The notes: generated from the letters alone by a model not told the origin. Counted from the first letter of the stretch, positions 28,237 to 38,287 are shown. The stretch is 45,422 nt of DNA from Thermotogota bacterium (GCA_034660555.1 JAYEJL010000104.1:1-45422), one strand, 5' to 3'. Numbers and translations: made by a program.

Positions 28237-29073
28237 TTATTTTATGGTCCAGCCTACCATTCCTCTCACATAGTAACGTTGTAGAAGGATATATATCATG
28301 ATCGGAACAATCATAACCGTAATTGAGGCTGCTGATAATAATCCCCAGTCGACCTGATACTGTCCCCTCATAAGAGGAATTCTTTGCGTAGCCAAGAGTT
28401 TACTTGGAGAATAAATAAGTATCAATGCCAGGAAAAAGTCACTCCAGACCCATGTGAATTGGAGTGCAGCAGCTGAGGCTATAGCGGGAAATGCATTTGG
28501 CAGAACAACTCTGAAAAATATCTGGGAATCCGAAGCCCCATCTATTTTTGCTGCTTCTTCCATGGTTACTGGTAACGTTTTGAAATAGTTTCTCATGAAA
28601 AACGTCGTCCATGGAATTCCCCATGCTGTGTGAACCAGTATCAGGCCCCAAAAACTGTCAACAAGTCCCAGGCTACTCATTATTTGGAATATTGGCACAG
28701 CTATCATTTGTTGGGGCAGGGCCAATGTCATTACCACAGTTATAATGAACGTTTTCCTGAAAGGGAATCGATACCTAGCGATTCCGTAACCAGCCATTGT
28801 AGCCAGTATAAGGGGAATAATAGTTGCTGGAAATGCTATATATAATGAATTAATCATCCCCTGTAAAAGAGGAGATGATTCATGAAACAGTGCACCTGTA
28901 AAATTTGAAAAAGTTGGGTTGAACTCTTCAAATTGCCACCAGCCATTTATCACTTCGCTGTAAGGTCTGATAGCAGTCATAAATATTCCGGCTATCGGTA
29001 GAATCCATACAAGTGCAATTATCCATCCCAGTGAGTTTTTCAATATATTACCAGCAAGTCTTTTTTTCCTCAT
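28237..29073 (-). CDS. Carbohydrate ABC permease (MalG-like)
   Basis: EAA loop MEEAAKIDGAS, plus WSDFF. Confidence 0.95.
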   Translation of the reverse strand: MRKKRLAGNILKNSLGWIIALVWILPIAGIFMTAIRPYSEVINGWWQFEEFNPTFSNFTGALFHESSPLLQGMINSLYIAFPATIIPLILATMAGYGIARYRFPFRKTFIITVVMTLALPQQMIAVPIFQIMSSLGLVDSFWGLILVHTAWGIPWTTFFMRNYFKTLPVTMEEAAKIDGASDSQIFFRVVLPNAFPAIASAAALQFTWVWSDFFLALILIYSPSKLLATQRIPLMRGQYQVDWGLLSAASITVMIVPIMIYILLQRYYVRGMVGWTIK

Positions 29074-29960
29074 TGGACATTCTCCTCTCCGGCTGATCTT
29101 ATGAGTGGTATGGCTGCAAATATGGTTAAACCAGTAATGAGAACTGCAACCACTGCAGCCTTACTGAAATCCCAGGCTCTAAAACCATAAAGATACATTT
29201 GTAAAGCAAGAACATTGGAGGAACCTCCAGGACCTCCCATTGTAGCCACGTATACGATATCAAATATTTTGAGTTCCCAGAGAAGAGTCATGGTTACAAC
29301 AACTACTGTTATGGGTTTTAGCATTGGTATTGTTATACTAAAAAATATTCTCAGTTTTGACGCTCCATCGATTTCAGCGGCTTCATAGTAGGTTTTTGGA
29401 ATTGTTTCCAATCCAGCTGAATATATGATCATACTGAATCCGGTCCATAACCAGACCGAACCAAAAATCAAAGCCAGTAGGGAGGTTTCGGGGTAAGCGG
29501 TCCATGTTTGTGTAGGAAATCCGAAAGTCTTTAAAAACAGATTCACTATACCTATATTGCCATCGAACATGAAACGTATCATTATACCCCCAACAACCAG
29601 AGGCATAACCATACCGAGAAATATTACTGATTTTATTATTGCTCCACCTTTAACATCTCTGAGTAATGCAGCGAGGAATAAACCAAGAAATGTGGTAAGT
29701 GGCAAATGTATGGCAATCCATAAAGCATTATGTACGAGGGTTCCAAAGGGGAATTGACCCTGTTGAATGTTTTTGAAATTAATTATATCTCCACTGGCAA
29801 AAACACTTTGATAATTTTGAAGAGTTAACTCTCCTTCGGGACCTACAAAACTCATGAATAGCGTGCTAAAGGTGGGATAAAGAACAAAAACAGCCAGTAA
29901 AAACAATGCGGGTAAAACGAACACAACAAAATTTCTGATGTGGGCTTTTCTTAATTCCAT
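29070..29960 (-). CDS. Carbohydrate ABC permease (MalF-like)
   Basis: YEAAEIDGAS, plus FDIVYVAT.GGPG. Confidence 0.95.
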   Translation of the reverse strand: MELRKAHIRNFVVFVLPALFLLAVFVLYPTFSTLFMSFVGPEGELTLQNYQSVFASGDIINFKNIQQGQFPFGTLVHNALWIAIHLPLTTFLGLFLAALLRDVKGGAIIKSVIFLGMVMPLVVGGIMIRFMFDGNIGIVNLFLKTFGFPTQTWTAYPETSLLALIFGSVWLWTGFSMIIYSAGLETIPKTYYEAAEIDGASKLRIFFSITIPMLKPITVVVVTMTLLWELKIFDIVYVATMGGPGGSSNVLALQMYLYGFRAWDFSKAAVVAVLITGLTIFAAIPLIRSAGEENVQ

Positions 29961-29978
29961 TTAATCTCCCCCCTTCAA

Positions 29979-30003
29979 TTAAAACGGGACCACAAGGGTC
30001 CCG
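29979..30003 (-). terminator. Hairpin between the binding-protein and permease genes (partial terminator or stabiliser)
   Basis: CGGGACC-N5-GGTCCCG followed by TTTTAA on the minus strand. Confidence 0.65.
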
Positions 30004-30025
30004 CTAATATCAATAATTTTTTCTA

Positions 30026-31186
30026 TTATGGCATGTTCGACTGAAGCGATTCGAGAACAGAATCCAATCTTCCAGGTCTAACCCAAAGAAGCTTCAACTG
30101 ATCCCAGAAAGTTGCCTGCCACATACCACCAATAGAATCATCAAGATCGTTAACTGTTGCTTTTCCTTCAAGAAGCTCAGCTATTTCCTTGTCAACCGGT
30201 GGATAGGCATCTAGTGATACTCCGTTAGCTGATGCAATATGTCCGCCCTGTTCTACCTGAGCTGTTTGTCCTTCAGGTCCGGCTAAGAATTCAATTAGCT
30301 GTTTTGCTGCATCAACGTTTTTTGAGTATTTTGGTATGAAGGCGTAATCGAGTGCGAATACAACAGCTTCGTTGCCAGGAAGCGCCAGTACGCCTAAATC
30401 TGAAGGATCATCGACCATACCAGTTAGCCACTGACCCATAAAGTAAAGACCATACTGTCCTTGCCACCACTGTTCTAAAACAGTAGTCCATTCAACTGGT
30501 TCACCAAAATATCCTTCTGATAATAGACTAGCCAGCTTGTTCATAGGTTTCTTTGCTGTTTCGCCTGTCCAATTAACGTTACCAGCGATGAGGTCTTTTT
30601 GCAGTTCAGCGCCACCATAGGTTAGAATGAAATGCTCAGTAACGTCAGATAATGGCCAACCAACTCCATTACCGCTTGCAATAGGAGCAGTTATCCCTTC
30701 GATTCCTGAAATTTCTTCAAGAAGTGCGACAAATTCATCCCACGTTTCTGGTTCTGTTAAACTATGTTCTTCAAAGAAAGATTTTCTGTACCAGAAACCA
30801 GGTTTAACCTTTCCAGTGTAAGGTATTCCAATAATTTCACCATCTACTGTTACATTATCCAGTGCTCCAGGTCTGAAATTTTCAGGCTTGATTAAGTCTG
30901 AAAGATTCACAATATGTTCGGGATTACTCTTCATAAAAGAAGTCCACATAAAGATTACGTCACCTGGTGTTCTCTTGGTAGAAAACTGTGCAGGCAATAG
31001 ATTTGCAAGGTCTTCAGCTCTGTAAATTTGATACTGAACTTTAATACCTGTCTGTTCTTCAAATTTTTCAAGAACAGGCGTAAAAGCATCTTTTTCTGCT
31101 CCAGACCATGGACCAATAACCGTTATTTGCTGGCCCATAAAGATCGTGGCAGCAAAAATAAATACTACAAGTAGTAATTTTTTCAT
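30026..31186 (-). CDS. Sugar ABC substrate-binding protein (glucose/trehalose-type)
   Basis: Signal peptide, GPWSG.E, KPGFWYRK, GWPLSD and DLDD motifs; precedes two permeases. Confidence 0.88.
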   Translation of the reverse strand: MKKLLLVVFIFAATIFMGQQITVIGPWSGAEKDAFTPVLEKFEEQTGIKVQYQIYRAEDLANLLPAQFSTKRTPGDVIFMWTSFMKSNPEHIVNLSDLIKPENFRPGALDNVTVDGEIIGIPYTGKVKPGFWYRKSFFEEHSLTEPETWDEFVALLEEISGIEGITAPIASGNGVGWPLSDVTEHFILTYGGAELQKDLIAGNVNWTGETAKKPMNKLASLLSEGYFGEPVEWTTVLEQWWQGQYGLYFMGQWLTGMVDDPSDLGVLALPGNEAVVFALDYAFIPKYSKNVDAAKQLIEFLAGPEGQTAQVEQGGHIASANGVSLDAYPPVDKEIAELLEGKATVNDLDDSIGGMWQATFWDQLKLLWVRPGRLDSVLESLQSNMP

Positions 31187-31488
31187 AAAATCACCCCTTT
31201 TCTTAGAGTCATTTTAACTATACAACATTTATGCTATTAAATTCAAAGTGTGAAAAAAGACATTAATACTTATTAATTACGTTTATGTATAATGAGAGGT
31301 AATTATGAAACTAAATCATTGTTTAGCTTCAAATAATGCTTACAAAATTTGTTTTACTGGGTCATGGTTGATTTACACTCTTTGTGATAAGTCATTTGAG
31401 TAATTTCACCTTGATGATTTGTTGTGGTCATTGAATTTGATCTGGGTTATAATAATTTAGTTAAGAATTGCGCTAATGGAGGTTTTTT

Positions 31489-32466
31489 ATGCTTAAGCGC
31501 GTCTTTTTTTTACTGTTGATTTGTTTATTTTTTTTGTTGCCCAAAGGAATCAATTCAAGTACACTGGAACTGATTGAACTGGGAGATAAAAGGAATTACC
31601 AAAGAAATATTGAGACAGTATTTGTTACTTCTCCAGCAGCACTTCCAGATTACTATGCACTCAGGAGTGGACTTGATAACCTTAGAACATATGGATTAAA
31701 TGTGATTGTTGGTGAAAGTTGCAATGCTTACTTATCAGCAAGGGAAAAGGCCATTGAATTAATGCAAGCCTTTAAAGATCCTGAAATTGATTTAATTCTT
31801 ACTTCCAGGGGTGGTTTTGGTTCCTTCGAGCTGTTGGATTATCTCGACTGGGAAACAATAAGAAATAATCCAAAACCGCTTGTCGGCTACAGCGACATAA
31901 CCGCTTTGCTTCTTGCGTTGCATTTTAAAAGTGGATTAATTACATATCACGGTCCGATGGCATCTGTTGAATTGGATGACGATGCTGGTTTGATAGGACA
32001 GATGCTTTCTGTTGTGAAAGGTAGTAAAGTGATTGAGTTTGATTATCCATCTGAGGCTATAGTACCAGGAGATATGTTAGGAAAGCTTATCGTGGGCAAT
32101 CTTTCACTTTTTAAAACTCTTCAGGGGACTGAATACATCGGTTCATTAAAAAATTGCATTCTTGTACTCGAAGATATTGGCGAAACCTTGCATTCGTTTG
32201 AAAGAATGTTGTGGAACATCGCTCATCTTGATGAATACAGTGAATTAAGAGGAGTCGTGTTTGCTGGATTTAGTAACATAAGAAATGGAGATTTAAGTGA
32301 ACTCAAAAAAACAATAAGAACCTATTTCGCTTCTTCAGATATACCTGTGTGGTTGGGATTACCCGTGTATCACGATAGTTTGGATAGAATTACTCTCCCG
32401 GTTGGTAGCTGGGTAAAAATGGAACTCGATGAGGGCAGGATAACCATCATCGAGTCATATAAGTAA
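31489..32466 (+). CDS. S66-family LD-carboxypeptidase with a signal peptide
   Basis: SRGGFG, GYSDIT (Ser), HGPM, GNL, LEDIGE (Glu) and YHD (His). Confidence 0.9.
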   Translation: MLKRVFFLLLICLFFLLPKGINSSTLELIELGDKRNYQRNIETVFVTSPAALPDYYALRSGLDNLRTYGLNVIVGESCNAYLSAREKAIELMQAFKDPEIDLILTSRGGFGSFELLDYLDWETIRNNPKPLVGYSDITALLLALHFKSGLITYHGPMASVELDDDAGLIGQMLSVVKGSKVIEFDYPSEAIVPGDMLGKLIVGNLSLFKTLQGTEYIGSLKNCILVLEDIGETLHSFERMLWNIAHLDEYSELRGVVFAGFSNIRNGDLSELKKTIRTYFASSDIPVWLGLPVYHDSLDRITLPVGSWVKMELDEGRITIIESYK

Positions 32467-32511
32467 CAAAATACATACATGCTAGAAAAGTTAATTACTC
32501 ATCATAAATGA

Positions 32512-33468
32512 TTATTGAAAATACCTTTTTGACGCGTCGAGTAATGCTATTGCTCCATCAGCTGCTGCAGTGACTATCTGTCTAACTTCCTTTTCTCTTA
32601 CATCACCAATTGCGTAAATGCCTTCGATATTGGTTTCACAGTGATCATTTGTTATTATATAACCGTAATCGTTCAGTTCAACTTTTTCCTTAAGAAATTT
32701 TGTGTTTGGATTCATACCGATAAAAACAAATGCACCGTCAACATCAAGTTCGGATTCTTCATCAGTTTTAACATTCTTGAGTATAAGCTTATCTAATTTA
32801 TCATTACCCTTTGCCTCTTTTACTACGGTGTTATAAATAAAATCAGTGATTCCCGTTTCCTTAATTCGCTTTTGCAACATTTTGTCTGCTGTTAAATCGG
32901 GTAAATTCTGAACAACAGTAATTTTCTTTACTATTTTTGCCAGATAAAGTGCTTCATCAAGAGCGCTATTTCCGCCACCAACGACAGCAATGTGTTTATT
33001 TCTAAAAAAGTGGCCATCACAGGTAGCACAATACGAAATTCCTTTTCCAGAAAACTTTTCTTCTCCAGGGACACCAAGCTTTTTTGGGTTTGAGCCAGTT
33101 GCAATTATTAAAACGTGAGCCTTTGTTTCTTTGCCATTGTCAAGTATGACTGTTTTCATCTTGCCTGGTTTTATATCAACCACTTCAGCATTTGTGATCT
33201 TCACATTATGATCTTGCGCATGTTCAGCCATTTTTTCGGATAGATCAACACCCGATATTGAGGAAAATCCTGGCCAATTTTCAACTTTGTCGGTATTATT
33301 CATCTGGCCACCTTCAAGTGCCTTTTCAATCACAAGAGGTTCAAGACCAGCCTGAACTGCATAAATACTGGCTGTAATGCCACCAGGTCCACCGCCAATA
33401 ATTGCCACATCGTATTCATTTTTAAAGTCTGTAGTTTTTTTTGCACTACTGACATCAAAAAACGCCAT
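32512..33468 (-). CDS. trxB: Thioredoxin reductase
   Basis: GGGPGG, CATCDG, GGGNSA and GDV. Confidence 0.96.
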   Translation of the reverse strand: MAFFDVSSAKKTTDFKNEYDVAIIGGGPGGITASIYAVQAGLEPLVIEKALEGGQMNNTDKVENWPGFSSISGVDLSEKMAEHAQDHNVKITNAEVVDIKPGKMKTVILDNGKETKAHVLIIATGSNPKKLGVPGEEKFSGKGISYCATCDGHFFRNKHIAVVGGGNSALDEALYLAKIVKKITVVQNLPDLTADKMLQKRIKETGITDFIYNTVVKEAKGNDKLDKLILKNVKTDEESELDVDGAFVFIGMNPNTKFLKEKVELNDYGYIITNDHCETNIEGIYAIGDVREKEVRQIVTAAADGAIALLDASKRYFQ

Positions 33469-33480
33469 AGCAAAAACCTC

Positions 33481-34128
33481 CTAAACAGCTTTTAGAACTT
33501 CATTAACAAACTGTTCTTCAGGATATGCACCTACAAATTCAACGCTGTCATTTATCACAATATGAGGGACCGAACTAACACCATGTTTCACTGATAGTTC
33601 TTTGAATTCGTTGGCTTCTATCATGGAAGCTGTTATTCTGTCGTTGAGCATAGCGATATTATGAGCAGTTATTACTGCTTTCGGACAGTAAGGACAGGTA
33701 GGAGTAATGAACACTTTTATATCAATATCCTTATCTATCCCTGTTATCTTTTTCTGTGACTCTTCAGAAATACTAGATAACGCACCTTTTGAGAAACTCA
33801 CTATATCCTGAAGTAATGTACCAAATTCATGACCTGAAGGTATACCGTAGAACCTTACACCTTTGTCCTTTCCTTCGGGAGTCAGAAGTACTATTGCCGG
33901 TGCATCGTTTATGTGATAGTTTTTTGCAACCTCGGAGTCGATATTGTGCTTTTCAAAAGTGACCTTCTCTCCAACCTCCGTCAATTCGTTTAGAAGAGAA
34001 ACAACTGTATCGCAGAATTCGCAATCTTTATCTTTAACAAACAACAACAGCTTTACTTCACCATCCATATTTCCCAATATTTCTACTACCTGCTTTCTTA
34101 CGTCTTTGTTTAGTAATTGTTCTGCCAC
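33481..34128 (-). CDS. Protein disulfide oxidoreductase (two Trx folds; PDO/AhpF N-domain type)
   Basis: CEFC and CPYC active sites, GIPSGHEF and SVP. Confidence 0.92.
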   Translation of the reverse strand: MAEQLLNKDVRKQVVEILGNMDGEVKLLLFVKDKDCEFCDTVVSLLNELTEVGEKVTFEKHNIDSEVAKNYHINDAPAIVLLTPEGKDKGVRFYGIPSGHEFGTLLQDIVSFSKGALSSISEESQKKITGIDKDIDIKVFITPTCPYCPKAVITAHNIAMLNDRITASMIEANEFKELSVKHGVSSVPHIVINDSVEFVGAYPEEQFVNEVLKAV

Positions 34129-34146
34129 AAAAAAATACCTCCTTAT

Positions 34147-34167
34147 TTATACCTACTAGGGGTATAA
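34147..34167. promoter_or_regulatory. CsoR/RcnR-family-like operator
   Basis: TTATACC-TACTAGG-GGTATAA inverted repeat with a G-tract, directly upstream of the pdo RBS. Confidence 0.6.
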
Positions 34168-34177
34168 TAACATACAT

Positions 34178-34732
34178 TTATGCGGGGAATTTTGAATTAT
34201 TCTTTACAATATATTTTTTTGTCCCGTTTATTATGCAGAGGACAACCAGAAGTCCTATAAAGAACACTGTTATCGTGCTGTAACAGTCGGTGGAAATGAT
34301 TGACGTTAATTCATGGAACACATCTGCAATGGTTGAAATTAGAATGAATGTTGTTAAAGACTGAACAAAAAACAGTTTACTTTCTGAAAACAGCAGGTTT
34401 TTCAGATATTCATTCCTTGTGAAGCCCATTGATAAATAAATAATTCTAAAAGAAACATCAAAGCTCATTATCCTAAGATTGAGGTCCCTTAGAAAATAAA
34501 GATAACCTATAAACAACAATATAATGAAAAGTAGTATCTTGCTATGTTCAAAAAAATGATAGGCTACAAATATAGATAGGGCAACTGCAGGAAGGTTTAG
34601 TAGATTAAACCATATAGGACTTTTTTTTTCGAACTGGTATGTTATTAATACAGTAATAAGAGAAAGGACAAATGTACTTACTGAAATCATAATGTGAGAT
34701 ATAATTACTGTAAAGAATTCACATTGTTGCAC
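34178..34732 (-). CDS. Hypothetical polytopic membrane protein
   Basis: About 5 hydrophobic segments; in line with the operon. Confidence 0.65.
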   Translation of the reverse strand: MQQCEFFTVIISHIMISVSTFVLSLITVLITYQFEKKSPIWFNLLNLPAVALSIFVAYHFFEHSKILLFIILLFIGYLYFLRDLNLRIMSFDVSFRIIYLSMGFTRNEYLKNLLFSESKLFFVQSLTTFILISTIADVFHELTSIISTDCYSTITVFFIGLLVVLCIINGTKKYIVKNNSKFPA

Positions 34733-34746
34733 AACAAAAACCCCGA

Positions 34747-35661
34747 CTATTCTTCTTCTTTATTTTCTTTGTTCTCTTTAAATAGTTCCGCTATGGATGC
34801 CACACTACTCAACAAACTTGAAGATTCAAAGGGTAAAAAGATTTTACTGGCTTTTCCATCAGCAATATCCTTCAATGCGTCGAGATATCTTATTGCTATA
34901 AGGTCGTTTGTTGGATTACCTTCATGTATGCCTTTGAATACCTTCATAATAGCAGCAGCTTGACCTTCAGCTTCAGCAGTAAGTTTGTATTTGTTTGCGT
35001 CAGCTACTCTCTTTATAGCCTCAGCTTCACCTTCAGCCTTTAAGATTGCTGATCTCTTATCACCTTCAGCTCTGGTAATCTCTGATTGACGATATCCTTC
35101 AGCCTCCAAAATAACTGCTCTTTTTGTTCGTTCAGCCTTCATCTGTTTGGACATGGCTTCCATGATGTCCTGTGGCGGGTCAATTTTCTTTATTTCAACA
35201 CGTGTTACCTTAACTCCCCATTTGTCTGTAGCGTCGTCAAGAACTTCTCTCAACTTAACGTTTATACGTTCTCTTGAGGTTAATGTTTGATCCAGTTCGA
35301 TTTCACCGATTACATTTCTCAGGTTTGTCTGTGCCAGTTTAATTGCAGCATTTTCAAAATTCGATACATTATAAACAACACGATAGGCATCGGTAACTTC
35401 ATAGTAAATAACAGCGTCCACTGTAACCACTACGTTATCCGTGGTGATTACTTCCTGAGGTGGAACATCTATTACCATTTCTCTAAGGTCTACTTTAACT
35501 ATTTTTTCGATGAACGGTATAATGAAATTCAGTCCGGGTCCAGCCTCACGTTTGAAACTTCCAAGTCTTTCAACCAGACCTTTCTGGAATGGTCTGACTA
35601 TTTTGATCCCGGAAGCTGCAATAATAAGTACAATTATTGCAAATATTATCCAAAGTATCAT
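34747..35661 (-). CDS. SPFH/band 7 (QmcA/stomatin-like) protein
   Basis: VERLG, PGLNF, PPQEVIT.DNV, LRNVIG and QMKAER. Confidence 0.95.
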   Translation of the reverse strand: MILWIIFAIIVLIIAASGIKIVRPFQKGLVERLGSFKREAGPGLNFIIPFIEKIVKVDLREMVIDVPPQEVITTDNVVVTVDAVIYYEVTDAYRVVYNVSNFENAAIKLAQTNLRNVIGEIELDQTLTSRERINVKLREVLDDATDKWGVKVTRVEIKKIDPPQDIMEAMSKQMKAERTKRAVILEAEGYRQSEITRAEGDKRSAILKAEGEAEAIKRVADANKYKLTAEAEGQAAAIMKVFKGIHEGNPTNDLIAIRYLDALKDIADGKASKIFLPFESSSLLSSVASIAELFKENKENKEEE

Positions 35662-35663
35662 GG

Positions 35664-36131
35664 TTATTCCTCCTCTCTTATAGACCTCTCATTATTTTCA
35701 GTGGGAGTTACATACACTATAGTACCTCTAACATGGTCAATCTTTACGTATTTATCTTTTTCAATAACAGGATATTTTTCCTCTTCAACTGGTTTTGCTC
35801 TCCAATCTTCTCCAGCGGCTCTTACTAATCCAGTGCCTTTATTCGTGTTTATCTCTGCTATTACTCGAGCTCTAGTACCTTTTAGTTCGTCAACGTAAAT
35901 TTTTCTTGGAGATACTCCAGAGAGTTTTTTAGCAATAGGGCGGGTGAAAAGAACCAGCAGAGCACTTGTAATAGCGAAGACAGAAACCTGCCATCCCAGA
36001 CTAAAATCGAAAATTGCAAGTAAACCTGCAGTGAAAGATCCAATAGAGAACCAGAGAAAGAAGAATGTTGGGGTTACAATTTCTACTACCAGAAGTACGA
36101 CTGCAAATATCATCCAGCCGATATACTCCAT
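35664..36131 (-). CDS. NfeD/YbbJ-family protein
   Basis: N-terminal TMs plus an OB fold ([12 protein letters not shown]); paired with the SPFH gene. Confidence 0.9.
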   Translation of the reverse strand: MEYIGWMIFAVVLLVVEIVTPTFFFLWFSIGSFTAGLLAIFDFSLGWQVSVFAITSALLVLFTRPIAKKLSGVSPRKIYVDELKGTRARVIAEINTNKGTGLVRAAGEDWRAKPVEEEKYPVIEKDKYVKIDHVRGTIVYVTPTENNERSIREEE

Positions 36132-36154
36132 AATCTACCTCCTAAACAGGTAAA

Positions 36155-37006
36155 TCAAAGTGTGAATATTTTTTGAGGATGTACTGTATACACTTCTACA
36201 TCAGAATCTTTCATTCGTTCGCCAATGTATTTCCTCCACTTTGGCCACTTACCAATGTACCTGCTAGATATATGATACAATATTAGTCTCTTCAAAGCTT
36301 CTACTTTTGAAACATTTTCTATTACTTCATCCAGTGATGAGTGATTCTCGCCTCGTCTATCTTCTGTTTTCAAAAAAGTACATTCATGCAAGAGAGTTTC
36401 CGAGTCTTCTATAATACTCAACGGTAAAGCAAAAGTGTCCCCGCTTATTGTGATGATATTCTTATTATATGTATAAGTAACCTCTTCTTTACCCATCTTT
36501 TTTGATATTCTGGCAATTTCTTTAGAACTTTTATTTTTATACTTTTCTTTAAGTTTATGTCTTTCTTCAACAATATTATAACCCAGACTGATCTCTCCAG
36601 GGGTATGCTTCACTTTAAAAGGTATAACTGTTCTTTTAAAGTTTCCTGCATATCGCAAAAAAACTATTTCCCCTTCTTCTACCGGATTCAATAAAATATC
36701 GTATTTGAGATAGGGGTTCATTTGTTTAATAAATTGAATATATGACTCAATTGCACGGTTATTTTTAGGGTACGTTATTCGCAAAGGTTTTGTTTTATCT
36801 CCCATTGCGTTATTTCTGGTATTGATTATGCCCCACAAACCGGAAATATGATCGATATGACCGTGAGTGAGGAAAATATCCTTTATGGCATATACTTTAT
36901 TACCCATATTTGTTGAAATACCTTCTCCTGTATCAAAGAGAAGGCGTTCTGGTCTGTAATATATCCACGTTGAATAAAGTGCTTTTGAGAAAATCTTGAA
37001 TTCCAA
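36155..37006 (-). CDS. rnz: Ribonuclease Z (Thermotoga-type tRNase Z)
   Basis: FSKALYSTW, DTGEG, THGHIDH, SGDT, HECTF and HISSRY. Confidence 0.9.
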   Translation of the reverse strand: MEFKIFSKALYSTWIYYRPERLLFDTGEGISTNMGNKVYAIKDIFLTHGHIDHISGLWGIINTRNNAMGDKTKPLRITYPKNNRAIESYIQFIKQMNPYLKYDILLNPVEEGEIVFLRYAGNFKRTVIPFKVKHTPGEISLGYNIVEERHKLKEKYKNKSSKEIARISKKMGKEEVTYTYNKNIITISGDTFALPLSIIEDSETLLHECTFLKTEDRRGENHSSLDEVIENVSKVEALKRLILYHISSRYIGKWPKWRKYIGERMKDSDVEVYTVHPQKIFTL

Positions 37007-37008
37007 GC

Positions 37009-37464
37009 TCAGTCTTCCTCTATTCCTTCGACGGTAAGCTTTATGGTACCCTTCACATTTCCGGGTAATTCTATTTCAATTTCATGATCTCCTGTTTCAC
37101 GAATATTTTCGGGAAGGTTTATGTACTTCTTTTCAAGTTTGGTTCCAGTGTCTTCTTCAATTTTATCTGCAATATCAGCAGAAGTGACTGACCCAAAGAG
37201 CTTTCCACTACTACCGGATTTTACTTTTATTGTAAAGTGTCTGGATGAGACTTTTTTTAATAATTCTTCGCTCTTTTCGCGTATACGTTCTTCTTTCATT
37301 TCATGATGTTCTTTTTTGGTTTTTAATTTGGCCATTTCGCTTTTTGTAGCTTCCACTGCCAGACCTTTAGGAATTAAATAATTTCTTCCGTATCCGTCAG
37401 CTACCTCTTTAACCTCACCTTCAGTTCCAAGCTTAGGAACATCCTTTTTTAAGATGATTTTCAT
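37009..37464 (-). CDS. rplI: 50S ribosomal protein L9
   Basis: MKIILKKDV..LG..G....V.DGYGRNYLIPKG and GKLFGSVT. Confidence 0.97.
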   Translation of the reverse strand: MKIILKKDVPKLGTEGEVKEVADGYGRNYLIPKGLAVEATKSEMAKLKTKKEHHEMKEERIREKSEELLKKVSSRHFTIKVKSGSSGKLFGSVTSADIADKIEEDTGTKLEKKYINLPENIRETGDHEIEIELPGNVKGTIKLTVEGIEED

Positions 37465-37513
37465 AGTATATACCTCCATTTACTATACTAAATAATTAGT
37501 GAATTGTTTCAAG

Positions 37514-37543
37514 AAAAAACAAGGAGGCTCTCTGAGCCTCCCC
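37514..37543 (-). terminator. Terminator after rpsR
   Basis: GGAGGCTC-AGA-GAGCCTCC followed by TTGTTTTTT. Confidence 0.8.
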
Positions 37544-37549
37544 TTCGCA

Positions 37550-37780
37550 TTACTCCTTCACGTAGGGAAGAAGTGCCATATGTCTTGCTCTTTTTATGGC
37601 AATTTTCACCATTCTCTGATGTTTTGAACAATTTCCTGTAATTCTTTTTGGTATTATCTTGCCCTTTTCTGTCATGAAATCTCTAAGAAGAGTTGTATTT
37701 TTATAGTCAATGTAGCTAATATCTATTGAACAAAATCTACAACGTTTGTTTGACTTTCTTCTTTTTCTACGTTCTCTCAT
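37550..37780 (-). CDS. rpsR: 30S ribosomal protein S18 (Zn-binding C+ form)
   Basis: CRFC, IDYKN and [17 protein letters not shown]. Confidence 0.97.
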   Translation of the reverse strand: MRERRKRRKSNKRCRFCSIDISYIDYKNTTLLRDFMTEKGKIIPKRITGNCSKHQRMVKIAIKRARHMALLPYVKE

Positions 37781-37806
37781 TTAAATCCTCCTCATTACTT
37801 ATTTGT

Positions 37807-38283
37807 TTAAAAAGGTGGTTGATCATCGCTTTTGTCGTTTTGTTCACTGCCGAAAAATGTGATATCTTCACTTGGATCAATATCATTATCTTCATCGGTT
37901 GTTTCTTCAACATCTTTATTAAATGTTGAAGAGTCGGTCACTCCAGCCTGTGATTTAGTTTCCATAAATCTGATGGTGTTTGCAAGTACCTCTGTGGTAC
38001 TTCTTTTGTCACCATCCTGGGTTGTCCACTTTCTGATTTGTAACGAACCTTCAACAAGTATTAATCTTCCTTTGACCAGATAATTGCCCACAAATTCAGC
38101 AGTCCTACCAAAGGTTACAACTCTAATAAAATCTGTATTATCGTTATCATTCATACCTGAACGAGTTGGACGGTCAACAGCGATTGTAAATACTGATACC
38201 TGGGTACCACTTGTTGTAAACCTTATATCGGGGTCTCTTACCAATCTACCAACAAGAATAATTTTGTTATAGCTGATTGACAT
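37807..38283 (-). CDS. ssb: Single-stranded DNA-binding protein
   Basis: NKIILVGRLVRDP, KG..ILVEG.L and an acidic tail DDQPPF. Confidence 0.97.
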   Translation of the reverse strand: MSISYNKIILVGRLVRDPDIRFTTSGTQVSVFTIAVDRPTRSGMNDNDNTDFIRVVTFGRTAEFVGNYLVKGRLILVEGSLQIRKWTTQDGDKRSTTEVLANTIRFMETKSQAGVTDSSTFNKDVEETTDEDNDIDPSEDITFFGSEQNDKSDDQPPF

Positions 38284-38287
38284 CGTC

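Noticed and set aside
35287..35898. 203-aa ORF on the + strand and the many other short antisense or alternate-frame ORFs
   Set aside because: They are shadows of well-supported genes and have no recognisable motifs.
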